DNA of 64,000 nucleotides from Candidatus Helarchaeota archaeon (GCA_019058315.1 JAHPZH010000002.1:973910-1037909); one strand, 5' to 3'; counted from the stretch's first letter, positions 1 through 10,871 are shown. Notes: generated by a model not told the origin, from the letters alone. Numbers and translations are program-made.

Positions 1-289
1 ATTTCAATTTTTCCCATCCTGTTTTTCCCTTGTTAATTGCCTTATTGAATCCATCATTCATAATATTTAAGCCCTTTGCTAGTATAGCAAGGTATAAATC
101 TTGCTTGCTTTGAAAATATATATACAAAGTGCCCTTCGCGATTTTTAGATCATCCGCAATTTCCTGCATCTTCGTATTTTCGTATCCTTTATTAAAGAAT
201 AACTTCTCTGCAGCCTCAATTATCTTGGTTCGTTTTTTTTCTCTCTTTTTTAAACGAATATTATCATTTTTTGAGATCTTATTTGACAT
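1..289 (-). CDS. TetR/AcrR family transcriptional regulator (3' end outside window)
   Basis: Not in the ORF track. Manual translation from ATG at 289 gives MSNKISKNDNIRLKKREKKRTKIIEAAEKLFFNKGYENTKMQEIADDLKIAKGTLYIYFQSKQDLY..., a classic TetR HTH; the frame is open to the window edge. Confidence 0.93.
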   Translation of the reverse strand, partial: MSNKISKNDNIRLKKREKKRTKIIEAAEKLFFNKGYENTKMQEIADDLKIAKGTLYIYFQSKQDLYLAILAKGLNIMNDGFNKAINKGKTGWEKLK

Positions 290-313
290 GATTAAATCAC
301 TTACATATTATTG

Positions 314-371
314 TGACCAAGGGTCATATTTAAATATGACCGATGGTCATTGTAATTATGACCAAAAGTCA
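314..371. promoter_or_regulatory. Three TGACC-N3-GGTCA palindromic operators (314-326, 337-349, 359-371) around a palindromic TATA-like box, probable TetR binding sites
   Basis: TGACCaagGGTCA, TGACCgatGGTCA and TGACCaaaAGTCA, spaced 23 and 22 bp, lie between divergent genes. 322-341 (GGTCATATTTAAATATGACC) is a perfect 20-bp palindrome containing TTTAAATA. Confidence 0.8.
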
Positions 372-399
372 TCTAATAAAAAGCACGAGGTGTTGTGAA

Positions 400-1185
400 A
401 TGAATAAGCAAAAATTTAGATTTGGATTGATAATTTTCATGTTTTTAATCTTTCCAATAATAATGAACTATTTTTCACCATATATAATTATTGATGCAAT
501 AGCTCAAGGCATAATTGCAGGATCGTTCATTACTTTCGTTTCCATGTTCATCGGATCACTATTTTTTGGAAGGTTCTGGTGTGGATGGTTATGTCCTGCT
601 GGAGGTTTGCAGGAAATATGTTCAAAACGAAAGGATAAACGGGTACCAGCAAAATATAGAAAGATCAAATATTTTATTTGGGTACCTTGGTTAAGTATCA
701 TCGTTATTTTGGGAGTATTGGCTGGAAGTATCCAAACAATTGATCCATTTTTTAATACGGACTATGGAATCTCAGTAACTAACATACCAATGCTCATTAT
801 ATATCTTGCAGTTGTCTTTGGAGTTCTTATACTCTCTTTAACTGTTGGAAAACGTGGTTTTTGTCATACGGCATGTTGGATGGCACCTTTTATGATAATG
901 GGCACGAAAATTAGGAATTATTTCAAAAAATGGCCTTCATACCACCTAGAATGTATATCTGAAAAGTGTAAACAATGCAAAAAATGCGATAGAATATGTC
1001 CTATGAGTTTGGAAGTTTCAAAGATGGTGCTGGACGGTTGTATGGATAATGTAGAATGCATTCAATGCGGAACTTGTGTAGCAAATTGTCCCCAAGCAGC
1101 AATTACGACTGCTTGGAAATGGAAAAAGAAAACAAAAACTACGGAATTAAGTCAAAAAATTCCCATTGTTGTTACAATTAAATAA
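400..1185 (+). CDS. 4Fe-4S binding membrane protein (NapH/MauN-like polyferredoxin)
   Basis: GRFWCGWLCPAG and FCHTACW motifs, several TM helices, and C-terminal CKQCKKCDRICP and CIQCGTCVANCP. Start moved to ATG 400 because GAGGTG lies just upstream. Confidence 0.88.
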   Translation: MNKQKFRFGLIIFMFLIFPIIMNYFSPYIIIDAIAQGIIAGSFITFVSMFIGSLFFGRFWCGWLCPAGGLQEICSKRKDKRVPAKYRKIKYFIWVPWLSIIVILGVLAGSIQTIDPFFNTDYGISVTNIPMLIIYLAVVFGVLILSLTVGKRGFCHTACWMAPFMIMGTKIRNYFKKWPSYHLECISEKCKQCKKCDRICPMSLEVSKMVLDGCMDNVECIQCGTCVANCPQAAITTAWKWKKKTKTTELSQKIPIVVTIK

Positions 1186-1226
1186 TTTAAATTTTTTCTT
1201 TTATTTCTTTGAAATAGATTGGTATT

Positions 1227-1643
1227 TTAATCTTCTTTAAATATCCTGTAATAATTCGTTTTTAAAGAGGGAAAAGAATAAATCTTAACATTTGGAAGAT
1301 ATTTTTTTATTTTCTGCTTAATCTTGCAATTATAATTAACAGGTTGATTACAATTGAACACTCCGATCTTTTTTATGGCATTAGGGGCACCTTTATTTAG
1401 GAGTTTGCCTAATTTTTTAATGTATGCAGATGTTTTTTGGAAATAACAAGGCCACTTGCAATCGTGGGTTGGGGTAACGACCAAGATCATTTCAGGGTCA
1501 AAATTAATAAGTTCTCGTGGATTTTTATTGTGTACTTTAAAAAGTTCAACCTTATTGCCATTAATTTTAACTTGATGAGTTAAGAATTGCGCTAAATGCT
1601 CAGTTTCTTCAAATTTATTTTCATAAAATATTGCAATTTTCAT
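1227..1643 (-). CDS. Flavodoxin-fold protein, degenerate FMN loop
   Basis: MKIAIFYENKFEETEHLA...LVVTPTH...KIGVFNC follows the flavodoxin pattern; GGTGA RBS upstream. Confidence 0.65.
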   Translation of the reverse strand: MKIAIFYENKFEETEHLAQFLTHQVKINGNKVELFKVHNKNPRELINFDPEMILVVTPTHDCKWPCYFQKTSAYIKKLGKLLNKGAPNAIKKIGVFNCNQPVNYNCKIKQKIKKYLPNVKIYSFPSLKTNYYRIFKED

Positions 1644-1961
1644 TAAATCACCTTTTTAATAATCAATCTAAAATATCGACTTCTAATTTTTGCCTATTTA
1701 GTAATTGAGCGAAATTTAAATATATATTCATGTTCTCCCTTCATTAACAAAACGTAATTGAAGTATCCTCGTTTTATGTGGTCTATTCAACTTGTTGGAG
1801 AAAAATGATAAGTTATATAGTGCTTTTTTCCACCTTCTCGTAATAAAATAACACATTTTCAAAGGCAAAATTGCAGTATTTTCTACCTAAAATTAAACTT
1901 AGAATAATATTGGGGAAAAATGAATGTTATTCAAGCATCAAAAATCAACATGGTGAAAAAA

Positions 1962-2240
1962 ATGGAATGGAAAGAAACAATAAATAAAATTCTGAAATTT
2001 TTTCTACTAGTATTATACTTGACGTTGGTCATTGCACTCGTTGTTGCTCCAATAGCACCTGCAATCATGACTTTGATTCCTGCTCAAGCAAGCAAGCCAA
2101 ATTACTTAGGTTACTATTCCATCTGCTCGTTTACTCCTTTCAGTACAATAATTTTATTGTTACTTATCGTTATAGGAGTGGTTCTGCTGGTAAAAACCAA
2201 ACCAATACATCGAGTAATTAAAATTTTTAAAAGTGAGTAG
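1962..2240 (+). CDS. Small two-TM membrane protein
   Basis: Two hydrophobic helices flank TLIPAQASKPNYLGYYSICSFTPFST; GGTGA RBS before ATG 1962 (the track starts it at 1920). Confidence 0.65.
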   Translation: MEWKETINKILKFFLLVLYLTLVIALVVAPIAPAIMTLIPAQASKPNYLGYYSICSFTPFSTIILLLLIVIGVVLLVKTKPIHRVIKIFKSE

Positions 2241-2302
2241 CCAAAAAATTACAGAAAAAAAACCTTCAATAACTTTATTTTTTTTAATATCTCATTTAAT
2301 GT

Positions 2303-3214
2303 ATGGATGAAATAGATTTCAAGATTAATTTATTATTAATGCTCAATTCAAGGTTATCCTATAGAGAACTAGCAGATCACTTGGATTTGACGGTAAATGC
2401 AGTATACAAGCGTGTGCAAGCATTAGTCGAATTAGGCATAATTCAGAAATTTACTGCAAGAATAAAGCCGGCTGCGTTAAACGCCATCTATAGCCTCATT
2501 TTTGGTAAAAGTGAGGTAACTGACTTAAATCAAGTAATAGCAAAACTGGGTAACCACCAAAATACTGCACAAATTATGTTATCAAGTAGAAATTATGTTT
2601 ATATTGGAGGTTATTTAAAAAATATTCATGATTTAGAAGATTACTCATCCTTTATCTCACAAACTGCGAAAATAGAATCCCCCAAAATTGGCTTTCTTCA
2701 TAGGGTTTACTCAGCATCTCCGATTTCATATACAATTCCCCAGTCAAGCTCTCTAAATCTAGATGAGTTAGATCGAGCTATAATTCAATCCTTACATGAT
2801 GATTCACGAAAACCCATATCTGAAGTAGCTGAAATTGTAAATAGAACACCAAATACTGTTCGCAGAAGATTATCTAGAATGTTGGAGGAGGGATCGATTG
2901 ATTTGACTATTAATTTTAACCCTATATCATCAAATGACATTTTCTCATTATTTCAAATAACCTTAAAACCTTCTGTAGACAAGCATGAAGTTGCCCAACT
3001 TATCCTTGACAATTATAAACCCAATATCTTCTTTATTTGGACTTTTAGCAATCTTCCAAATTTAATAACATGTTTTGTTTGGTGTAATACCATGAAACAA
3101 CTTCATGAAATGATTGAGGGGTTGAAAAAAGAAAAAGTAGAATCTATAATTCCTGATGTGCTTTATGAAGGACTGTTTTTTGATACATGGATAGATAAAC
3201 TATTTTCTTTATAG
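2303..3214 (+). CDS. Lrp/AsnC family regulator with tandem wHTH domains
   Basis: MDEIDFKINLLLMLNSRLSYRELADHL and LDELDRAIIQSLHDDSRKPISEVAE are two AsnC-type HTHs. Confidence 0.88.
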   Translation: MDEIDFKINLLLMLNSRLSYRELADHLDLTVNAVYKRVQALVELGIIQKFTARIKPAALNAIYSLIFGKSEVTDLNQVIAKLGNHQNTAQIMLSSRNYVYIGGYLKNIHDLEDYSSFISQTAKIESPKIGFLHRVYSASPISYTIPQSSSLNLDELDRAIIQSLHDDSRKPISEVAEIVNRTPNTVRRRLSRMLEEGSIDLTINFNPISSNDIFSLFQITLKPSVDKHEVAQLILDNYKPNIFFIWTFSNLPNLITCFVWCNTMKQLHEMIEGLKKEKVESIIPDVLYEGLFFDTWIDKLFSL

Positions 3215-3449
3215 AAATTTGAAGTTAGAAAATTACAATTTAATTATTTCTTGCTTAAATAAATTAGAAATTTCTGTTGAAATATCAATAAATTAGGTTT
3301 CTATTTAAAACTTTTTTACACCATCAAGAAACTTATAAATCTCTAAATTATATTAATTTATTAAAATCCCCGGAATACTATAAAAACCAGTTTACGATGA
3401 AGAATTTCAACATTAAATTGTTTTTTTATATTTAAAGGAGTGGTTTTAT

Positions 3450-4394
3450 TTGTATTTAAATGAAAATTCAATTTTACGGTCTATAACGGTAGATAATTTT
3501 CGCCGTGCAATTCCAATGTGGTTCAGGTCACAGAAAAGGAAGTTTTTAAAAGCCCCTATGTGGACAAATTACGATCTTACTTACAAATGTAATTTACGTT
3601 GTGAACATTGCTACTTTCATAAAGCAGTGGAGGAAAAGCGAATACAAGGTAAGCCATTAAACGATTTAACGAATGCACAATGGATTAAAATATTCAAGTA
3701 TCATCGATCAATAGGAATTCATTCTGCTACTTTTACAGGAGGGGAACCAACGCTACGAATGAACCTCCTATTTGAAGCTAAGAAAATCTTTGATAATATT
3801 CAAATAATTACTAATGGACTTATAAAAATACCAGAATTTCCTGGGAAGCAGCCTGTTATTTGGACATCGTTGGATGGAGGATCTGAAACACATAATGCAA
3901 TACGTAGAGCCGAAATTTTTGATCGGGTTATTGAAAACGTCCAAGATGATAAGCGAATTTATCTAATTTGTACTGTTAGTTCCTCTAATTATGATGAAAT
4001 TGGCGAGGTTGCAAAAATAGCTCATGATGCGAATACAGGCGGACTATTCTACAATTTCTATACGGGATATCCTAAAGATCCCTTACTATTAAAAGGAAAA
4101 TCCTTACAAAAGACAATAAAGGAACTTACCAAAGCAATGGCAGACTATGGTGATTATATATTATTATCTAAGAAAATGATAGAAACATATATTAAAAAAT
4201 CACATGTTAAAGACTGTTTTTTTAAAAATGGGGAGGTACAAAGCTTTTTTCCTAATGGAAGAAGAAAATTTTGTGTCATGGGAAATACACCTGCCCTTTG
4301 TGCTAATTGTGGTTGCGTAGTTCCCATTGTAGCGCACTGCTTAAAAAAATTCGATCCTGAAACAATCGAGAAATTCAAAAAAATTCCGTTTTAA
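3450..4394 (+). CDS. Radical SAM protein
   Basis: CNLRCEHC (CxxxCxxC), TFTGGEPTL, ITNG and SLDG motifs; C-terminal Cys cluster (C...C...CANCGC). Confidence 0.9.
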   Translation: MYLNENSILRSITVDNFRRAIPMWFRSQKRKFLKAPMWTNYDLTYKCNLRCEHCYFHKAVEEKRIQGKPLNDLTNAQWIKIFKYHRSIGIHSATFTGGEPTLRMNLLFEAKKIFDNIQIITNGLIKIPEFPGKQPVIWTSLDGGSETHNAIRRAEIFDRVIENVQDDKRIYLICTVSSSNYDEIGEVAKIAHDANTGGLFYNFYTGYPKDPLLLKGKSLQKTIKELTKAMADYGDYILLSKKMIETYIKKSHVKDCFFKNGEVQSFFPNGRRKFCVMGNTPALCANCGCVVPIVAHCLKKFDPETIEKFKKIPF

Positions 4395-4450
4395 TTTAAA
4401 AATTTCTCTAAATTCTCGTTCTTAATATCGATGAAAAAAAAGGTTTATTT

Positions 4451-7400
4451 TTAAAAATATTTTGGAATAAATTTTATGATTTTAGAAAAAGTCGATATTT
4501 TTCCAGAAAATGACTCCAGTTCTTCTGAATAAAAGTCTTCAACTTCATTAAGCAAATTTAATAATTTATTTCTTAATATATTCAAATTTTCTTCTGTTAT
4601 TAAAGCAACGGTAATATATTTACCATACTCAAAAAGTATTGTTACTTCTTCTTGTTCAATAATTTTAATTTTTGTCTGATTTTCAGTTAATTCTTGGATT
4701 AATGAAGATAATCCCATTAAACCTCCAGTAACCAAGCCAGGTGAAACTTCTTTATCCTTTCTAAATGAATGATCAAAGATACATACTCCTTGTGGCATGT
4801 AAAAATAAATATGGAGGATTCTATCCTTCCAATTAGCTTCTGATTCTGCTAGTTTATCGATGTTCTGCATTTCCCGAATATTCGTTGAGGAACTAATTTC
4901 GAGTGGACAAGAAGGTGCAGAAATTCCAACACTACTCTCAGAAATTAAGGGTTTTTCAATGAGATTTAATGCTGATGTTAGAATCATTTGTTCATTTTTT
5001 ATTAATTTCAGATATTTTAAGATTTCTTGTCTCCTTTTAATATATCCCGCATTTCCAAAAATATCAAGGGCACTATTAAGATAGTTTGTTGCTATGCTTA
5101 GATAATGATTCTTTTTATAATGATCTGTTTCATTATCTGATTGAATGATATGCCAAATACCATCAAAAAAAGTAGATGTTGCAATAGCCCATTTGGATTC
5201 TTGCGTAAAGCCCCCCAATTCGTAGTTCTTCGCTGAATCCCTCAAAAACATCTTAATTTTTTTGTAATATTCAGTCTTATCATCAAAATCTTTAGTTCTA
5301 TCAAATAAAGTCCCATATTGAATTGCAGAACAATAGGAAGAATTTCCTAAAGATAATTTTTTCATTCTATTTTCTGGAAAGATATTACTCGCTTTTTCAA
5401 ATAATTCCGAAGCACTTTTATAAAGGTCCGATTTCTGTTCAAAATCTGCTCGTTCCATCTGTTCCCAAGCCCTACATAAATAAAATATTGCGGTTAACTC
5501 CTCTTTTTCTCGTTGTAGTCTAAAAGTTTGGCATAATTTTTCAAAGAGAGAACTAGCCCTTACATATAATTCTGCTGCGAGTATTCGATTGCCTCTCAAA
5601 CTTTCCAACCTTGCCGTTTCTATCTGATAACGTGCATTACAATAGATCTCCCTGATCTGCGCCACCTGAATTAACTTCTTGAGTCTATCTATGACTTCAG
5701 GAGGTTTACCATCGGAAAGATATAAACTGATGATTTTAATTGCTTCTTCAAATTTCCTATTAGCAGCTTGATATTTCTCTGCCGATTCTTGGTGCTTATT
5801 TTCCTTGCTAAAACTTTCTGCTTTCTCTAAAATACTCCATGCACTATAAAATGCTGCTTCATAATTATATCCAGGAATTTTTTCTAAAATCGAGCTTGCT
5901 TTTTCATATTTTAATTGCGCATTATTATGATCTTCAACAATATGATACGATTTTGCAGTTTCAATTAGATTCCAAGCAGTCATGTAATCTTTTTCTTTTT
6001 CAATCTTTTGTACTAATTCAGTATGTGTGAGTGTAGCAATCGCTTTATCAAATGAATCGATTGCGTTCTTATAATTCACTGCTGCAGAAACGAAATTCCC
6101 TAATCTATCGTCTATTTGTGCTATTTGAATAAATCCAGATCCCATTAAATTGAAATATCCTTTATCTTTACAAAATTTAATAGCTTCTGTATAAGAATGA
6201 TATGATTCCTTGAAAATTTCAGCATCTTCTGTTAATCGTCCTATTTCATGATAAGAATCTCCTATTAAAAATAGGTTTTCAATATGAAATATAGCGACAA
6301 TCATCTTTTTGCTTTGTGTTAAATATTCTACCACATATTTATGGTATTCCAATTTTTCCGATATTTTTAATGCGTTTTTAGCCAATAACATTGCCGTTCT
6401 AGATGCACAAAACAAAAATCCAGAATAATAAAAGTAAGTATTAAATAGATTGGGATTTTGATAATCTTTAACTTCGTTAAAAATGTCCGCTGCAATTTTA
6501 AGGTGCTTTTGCCTTTCATTTTCATCCTTAAGTAAGTCCCCTAAGATCGTATTTACAGTACTCATTTCTACTTTAAATAATAAATTATATATTTTATGAT
6601 TTGGGTCATTTACAATAGATACCTTACTCTGAGCTAACTGGAGTAGTTCTAAAATCCTTTTTGCTAATTCAAGACGCTGGATCTCAGGAGATGAACGATT
6701 AAGAGCTCCAACTAAAAAGACTCCTGCAGTATAAAGGAGATTATGGGCTCCCAAAGTCTTAGGATATAATAATGTTGATGAAGCAATACAATGGGTTAAA
6801 TCATCTGTTATAAATTTAAAATCTTCTGCTGAAAATCCTAAATCTATTAAAAATATTGCAGTAGTGTATCTGGTGTAATAAAATAAAACCAAAGGATTAT
6901 GTGCACCAATACTTGGTAATAATTTTACTCCACTTCCAAGCCATTTCTGAGCTTTCTTTAACCATTTCTTTTGTTCAAATATATTTTTTGCATAATATGT
7001 CGAAAATGCTGAAAATGTCCATGAATAGAATGTATAAGCATAAAAAAGACTAAGAGTATTTGCTGAATTTTTGAATTTTTCAATCATTTCTTCAAACATT
7101 TCTTGCATTTTGTATAAAAACTGTTCAAGGTTTAAATATTCAGATGGTAGAAAGTGAGTAGTCCAATGGGTAAATTCCATGATACTATCAATTAGATAAT
7201 AAAGGTAAATGTCGGAAAATTCTTTTTGTTTTTTAATGTCATCCCATATTGAAGCCAATAAATTATCAAATTCTAAAACCATTTCCTTTAAATCTGCTTT
7301 TTCATCGATTTTGATAAGTTTTCCACCAATAAGTGAACTTAATGCCCGATTTTCTAATATTGCATTTTTTAACGATTCATTCGGATTTCCCTTTTCTAAA

Positions 7401-7825
7401 TTAATTATTTTTGATTTACAGAATAATTTTTTTGCATTAAGTAATAAAATCTCTTCTGATTCAAGGTTAGATTCAATAATACTCTTTATTAAATTTATCA
7501 AACCTGAACAAGCATTCATTTTTTCCTCAATTTTTAATTCTTCAAATATTTTTAATGCTTCCTGAAAACTTGAAATTGATAATTGGAATTCTTTTAAGAT
7601 ATCTTCATCCTTTTTTCCATAATCTGCAGCTATCTGATGGATTTCACCTAGATTATAGCAGATTTCACCCCTTGATTTCATTAATTCCTTATTTTTGCAG
7701 ATTTTCTTAGCCTTTTCCATAAGCTCTATTGCATTTTCCCAATTATAAACTTTCTTTTCTTGTTCAGCTTTTAGCAATAACTCTTCTATTTGTTTTTGAT
7801 TTTCCGATAGTGAATTATTTGACAT
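4451..7825 (-). CDS. TPR/alpha-solenoid protein with C-terminal longin-like domain
   Basis: About 1000 aa of helical repeats (A..Y..A pattern), then WKDRILHIYFYMPQGVCIFDHSF...LVTGGLMGLSSLIQEL...ILFEYGKYITVALI...FSGKISTF, an Asgard longin-like pattern. Confidence 0.8.
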   Translation of the reverse strand: MSNNSLSENQKQIEELLLKAEQEKKVYNWENAIELMEKAKKICKNKELMKSRGEICYNLGEIHQIAADYGKKDEDILKEFQLSISSFQEALKIFEELKIEEKMNACSGLINLIKSIIESNLESEEILLLNAKKLFCKSKIINLEKGNPNESLKNAILENRALSSLIGGKLIKIDEKADLKEMVLEFDNLLASIWDDIKKQKEFSDIYLYYLIDSIMEFTHWTTHFLPSEYLNLEQFLYKMQEMFEEMIEKFKNSANTLSLFYAYTFYSWTFSAFSTYYAKNIFEQKKWLKKAQKWLGSGVKLLPSIGAHNPLVLFYYTRYTTAIFLIDLGFSAEDFKFITDDLTHCIASSTLLYPKTLGAHNLLYTAGVFLVGALNRSSPEIQRLELAKRILELLQLAQSKVSIVNDPNHKIYNLLFKVEMSTVNTILGDLLKDENERQKHLKIAADIFNEVKDYQNPNLFNTYFYYSGFLFCASRTAMLLAKNALKISEKLEYHKYVVEYLTQSKKMIVAIFHIENLFLIGDSYHEIGRLTEDAEIFKESYHSYTEAIKFCKDKGYFNLMGSGFIQIAQIDDRLGNFVSAAVNYKNAIDSFDKAIATLTHTELVQKIEKEKDYMTAWNLIETAKSYHIVEDHNNAQLKYEKASSILEKIPGYNYEAAFYSAWSILEKAESFSKENKHQESAEKYQAANRKFEEAIKIISLYLSDGKPPEVIDRLKKLIQVAQIREIYCNARYQIETARLESLRGNRILAAELYVRASSLFEKLCQTFRLQREKEELTAIFYLCRAWEQMERADFEQKSDLYKSASELFEKASNIFPENRMKKLSLGNSSYCSAIQYGTLFDRTKDFDDKTEYYKKIKMFLRDSAKNYELGGFTQESKWAIATSTFFDGIWHIIQSDNETDHYKKNHYLSIATNYLNSALDIFGNAGYIKRRQEILKYLKLIKNEQMILTSALNLIEKPLISESSVGISAPSCPLEISSSTNIREMQNIDKLAESEANWKDRILHIYFYMPQGVCIFDHSFRKDKEVSPGLVTGGLMGLSSLIQELTENQTKIKIIEQEEVTILFEYGKYITVALITEENLNILRNKLLNLLNEVEDFYSEELESFSGKISTFSKIIKFIPKYF

Positions 7826-8147
7826 AGATAAACTATCCCACTCAATTATCCAGTTTTACCTAATTTTCTTCTATACAATGTTTGGCATTTTTAAAGTTTT
7901 TCATAATTTATCATTTTATATACTTTGGAGGAAAAATCAAAATAAATTCAAACGAAATAGTTAAAATCTTTTAGCTTTATAATTTTCTTTTCTAAAGCAG
8001 ATAATATTTCACTATATTCTTCACTAAACCTTAAATCTGCAAAATTTTCGAGTATAGTTATTTCATGATAAATTATAATTAACTTAGCTCTTTTCTTTTT
8101 TGCCAACGTTTGAAAATTGCCAGCTGCTTTTGTAACGGGGCATTCTT

Positions 8148-9077
8148 TTAGTCTAATTTAAATCTGGGGAATAGAGCAAGAATATTATCTCTCTCAATAG
8201 CTCTATGTTGCTGTAAATCGAATCCATCATATTTTTCAAATTCTTTAATTAATATGGATGTAAGTGGTTCGGGAAGAAATGGATAATCGCTACCAAAGAG
8301 AATATGGGATGGATCCGCTAACTCTTGAAGAGATCTTAAAGAATATGGAGTCGAAGAGAGTGCAAGATCATAATATAAACGTTTGAGGTATTTTATAACT
8401 CTCTTTTCTCCAAATGAAATTCTCCATGTTAGAAATGGAACCGCCCCTCCTGCATGTGGAAAAATGAAACGGATATTTGGGAACTTTTTCAAAGTCTGGT
8501 TATAAACGAGATTAGCCACAGCTCGAGTTGTATCAAAAACAAATTCCATTACCGCAGGCGGGACCTTAGTATTGGGTAATTTTTCTTTTGGAGGAGTATT
8601 TGGATGCACAAAAACTACGGCGTTTCTACGATTCAATTCATTATAAAGATCGTTTAATTCCGAATCTCCAAGATAATGCTCATCTACATTCGAAAGTAAT
8701 CCAACTCCATCTAATTTCAGAGTATCTAATGCATATTCCAATTCAAGTAGAGAGGCATTTATATCGGGTAATGGTAAAACTGCAAATGCCCCAAACCGTT
8801 TTGGGTATTTTTTAATAAGATCAGCTGAGAACTCGTTACAATGACGAGCCAATTTTCTGGTAAAATCGGTCTCTCTAAAATAAATTCCTGGAGCAGAAAT
8901 TGATACTACTGCTGCTTCGATATTTTGTCTATCCATAAATTTAATTGAGCTTTCTACATCCCATTCTGGGAAGTTTATGCCCGCACTTTTAATAATGCCT
9001 TTTTTAGCTAAAGATGAAATATATTCAGGTGGTAAAATATGATGATGAACGTCTATTTTTGGGGGAATGGTTGACAT
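8148..9077 (-). CDS. Amidohydrolase family 2 (ACMSD/6-methylsalicylate decarboxylase-like)
   Basis: IDVHHH, VFVHP, HAGG, YYD and LFGSDYPF motifs. Confidence 0.9.
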   Translation of the reverse strand: MSTIPPKIDVHHHILPPEYISSLAKKGIIKSAGINFPEWDVESSIKFMDRQNIEAAVVSISAPGIYFRETDFTRKLARHCNEFSADLIKKYPKRFGAFAVLPLPDINASLLELEYALDTLKLDGVGLLSNVDEHYLGDSELNDLYNELNRRNAVVFVHPNTPPKEKLPNTKVPPAVMEFVFDTTRAVANLVYNQTLKKFPNIRFIFPHAGGAVPFLTWRISFGEKRVIKYLKRLYYDLALSSTPYSLRSLQELADPSHILFGSDYPFLPEPLTSILIKEFEKYDGFDLQQHRAIERDNILALFPRFKLD

Positions 9078-9229
9078 TACATAAACTCCAGTTTAATAAT
9101 TTATTACGAATTAATATATTCAATATATTTTTATTTTCTTTGTTATTTTCGTAAATATTTTTGCCAAATAAAAAAAGAAAGAAATTTAGATGGAATTGAA
9201 CGACATTGTATTAAAAGTTTAAGATATTG

Positions 9230-9772
9230 TTAAATATATGATTGAATTAACAAATTCTGACCGTAACCAGCTGCGGGATAACCAACCCGGACTGAAGCAC
9301 CACCACTAATACTGGCTTGTATTTGTATTGTATGCGTACCTGGCTTTACACCCGTTACTACAGTTTGTAAAGATATTGAAGTCCAATTATTATTCAGACC
9401 TGTTCTTATAAGTCCTACTGGACTTCCATCAACAAGGAATTGGAGAGAATACATATTAATACCATTTACTATAAGTACTTCAGACATGAAGCAGAGGTAA
9501 AGATTTACATCTTCGATACCTGTTATTACTATTGTTGCTGATGCACCGAGTATTAAGGTGCCAGAAGTTATATCCGAACCTGAATAAGAAATAAACCAAG
9601 TTTCTAGTATTTCTGTTGGGGGATCTAACCATTCTGTTAAAAGAATATAACTAGTAAGGGGATCCACACTTCTTGGGCGTAATCTATCGTAGATTTCAAA
9701 ATATCCAAAGCCAAATGTAGTCAAACCAACTACTAAAGCAATTATAGATAATGCAGTTGCTCCTTTAGACAT
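9230..9772 (-). CDS. Hypothetical N-terminally anchored beta-sandwich surface protein
   Basis: N-terminal TM helix followed by a beta-rich domain (LQFLVDG...GVKPGTHTIQIQA...NLLIQSY); GAGGTGA RBS. Confidence 0.7.
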   Translation of the reverse strand: MSKGATALSIIALVVGLTTFGFGYFEIYDRLRPRSVDPLTSYILLTEWLDPPTEILETWFISYSGSDITSGTLILGASATIVITGIEDVNLYLCFMSEVLIVNGINMYSLQFLVDGSPVGLIRTGLNNNWTSISLQTVVTGVKPGTHTIQIQASISGGASVRVGYPAAGYGQNLLIQSYI

Positions 9773-9959
9773 TTAAATATCACCTCATAATTTTATACAT
9801 GAGATTCTATTTAAGTTTTAATTGTAATTAGAATCTTATTTCAAATTAAGATTTTAAATGCTAATGATTATAAGAATTTAGATGTTTTAAGTATCTCATA
9901 CTATTCAAGCTATTGTTTATTTAAATTAATCCAATACCCTAAAAAATTGTTTCAAATTA

Positions 9960-10565
9960 TTAATTCTCATTTTCTTCTTCAATGATTAATTCTTTGTCAG
10001 GAGTTATGATTTTAACTGCGAAACCTTTAATTTTTTTACTTTGCTTTCCTAACCAATCTTTCATTTGTATTAAAGGTTTTTTAACTGGTTCTAATTTATT
10101 AATGAATTCTCTGATTGGATTTCTACGTCTCTTAATTGAAATTACTTCCTCGGAAAACCCAATTTCATGATTAATAATCTCCCGAACATCTTTCGAAAAA
10201 GGTTCAAATACTCTAACATTGCCTTTGTATGCTGAAATTTCGTCTCTATACTGTTGCTCAAATGCATCTGCAACTTTATGGAGAACGTTTTTAATTTTAG
10301 TTAATTTATCTTGTAGATCAGAAATAGAAATGTATAATAATTTCATATCACTAGTGATCCCTGTCACATACACTATTCTTGTTGAAGACAAACGAATCTC
10401 ATCAATTCTTTCGCTTCGAGTTTCCTCACTTAAATCATCTATGGCTTTTAAAAATCCAGAGAATAGATTTTGATCAATTCTCTCTGATTTATCCACCTCT
10501 ATAAGATCCAAAGTAAACAGAGGTATTCCCGAATTCTGGTCTATGATATATATACTTTCAATCAT
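9960..10565 (-). CDS. Stand-alone longin-like domain protein
   Basis: MIESIYIIDQNSGIPLF...LFSGFLKAIDDLSEE...IDEIRL...FEQQY...YKGNVRVFEPF matches the Asgard longin-like (Mon1/Ccz1/Fuz-type) pattern. Confidence 0.75.
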   Translation of the reverse strand: MIESIYIIDQNSGIPLFTLDLIEVDKSERIDQNLFSGFLKAIDDLSEETRSERIDEIRLSSTRIVYVTGITSDMKLLYISISDLQDKLTKIKNVLHKVADAFEQQYRDEISAYKGNVRVFEPFSKDVREIINHEIGFSEEVISIKRRRNPIREFINKLEPVKKPLIQMKDWLGKQSKKIKGFAVKIITPDKELIIEEENEN

Positions 10566-10871
10566 TTTGTATTGGACTCCTATTTTAAAAAATTAAAATA
10601 ATAGTTATATTTAACCTTTAGATTAAATTATTCATTTAGGAATTTCAACAAGTTTTGATTTCCATTGCAATCTTAAATTATTAGAATATAATAAAGATAA
10701 ATGAGATTTTCTTTTTTAAAATCTGATTTTAATAAAGGGAAATAAACATAAATTTAAATAAATTTTTATTATTTTTAATATATCATTAGGATGGTTGAAT
10801 TTCTAATTTTAGGCTTTGAAATGTCAAAATTAGGGTTTTAATCACAATAATACTAAAATTGGTGAAAAATA

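Noticed and set aside
129-398. 89-aa + strand ORF
   Set aside because: It is the antisense shadow of the minus-strand TetR gene and runs through the operator region.
343-399. Upstream ATG extension of the polyferredoxin
   Set aside because: It overlaps the operators; the RBS-like GAGGTG supports ATG 400.
10566-10860. Long AT-rich intergenic region as possible ncRNA or tRNA
   Set aside because: No GC-rich stems or tRNA motifs are visible; it is consistent with divergent promoters.
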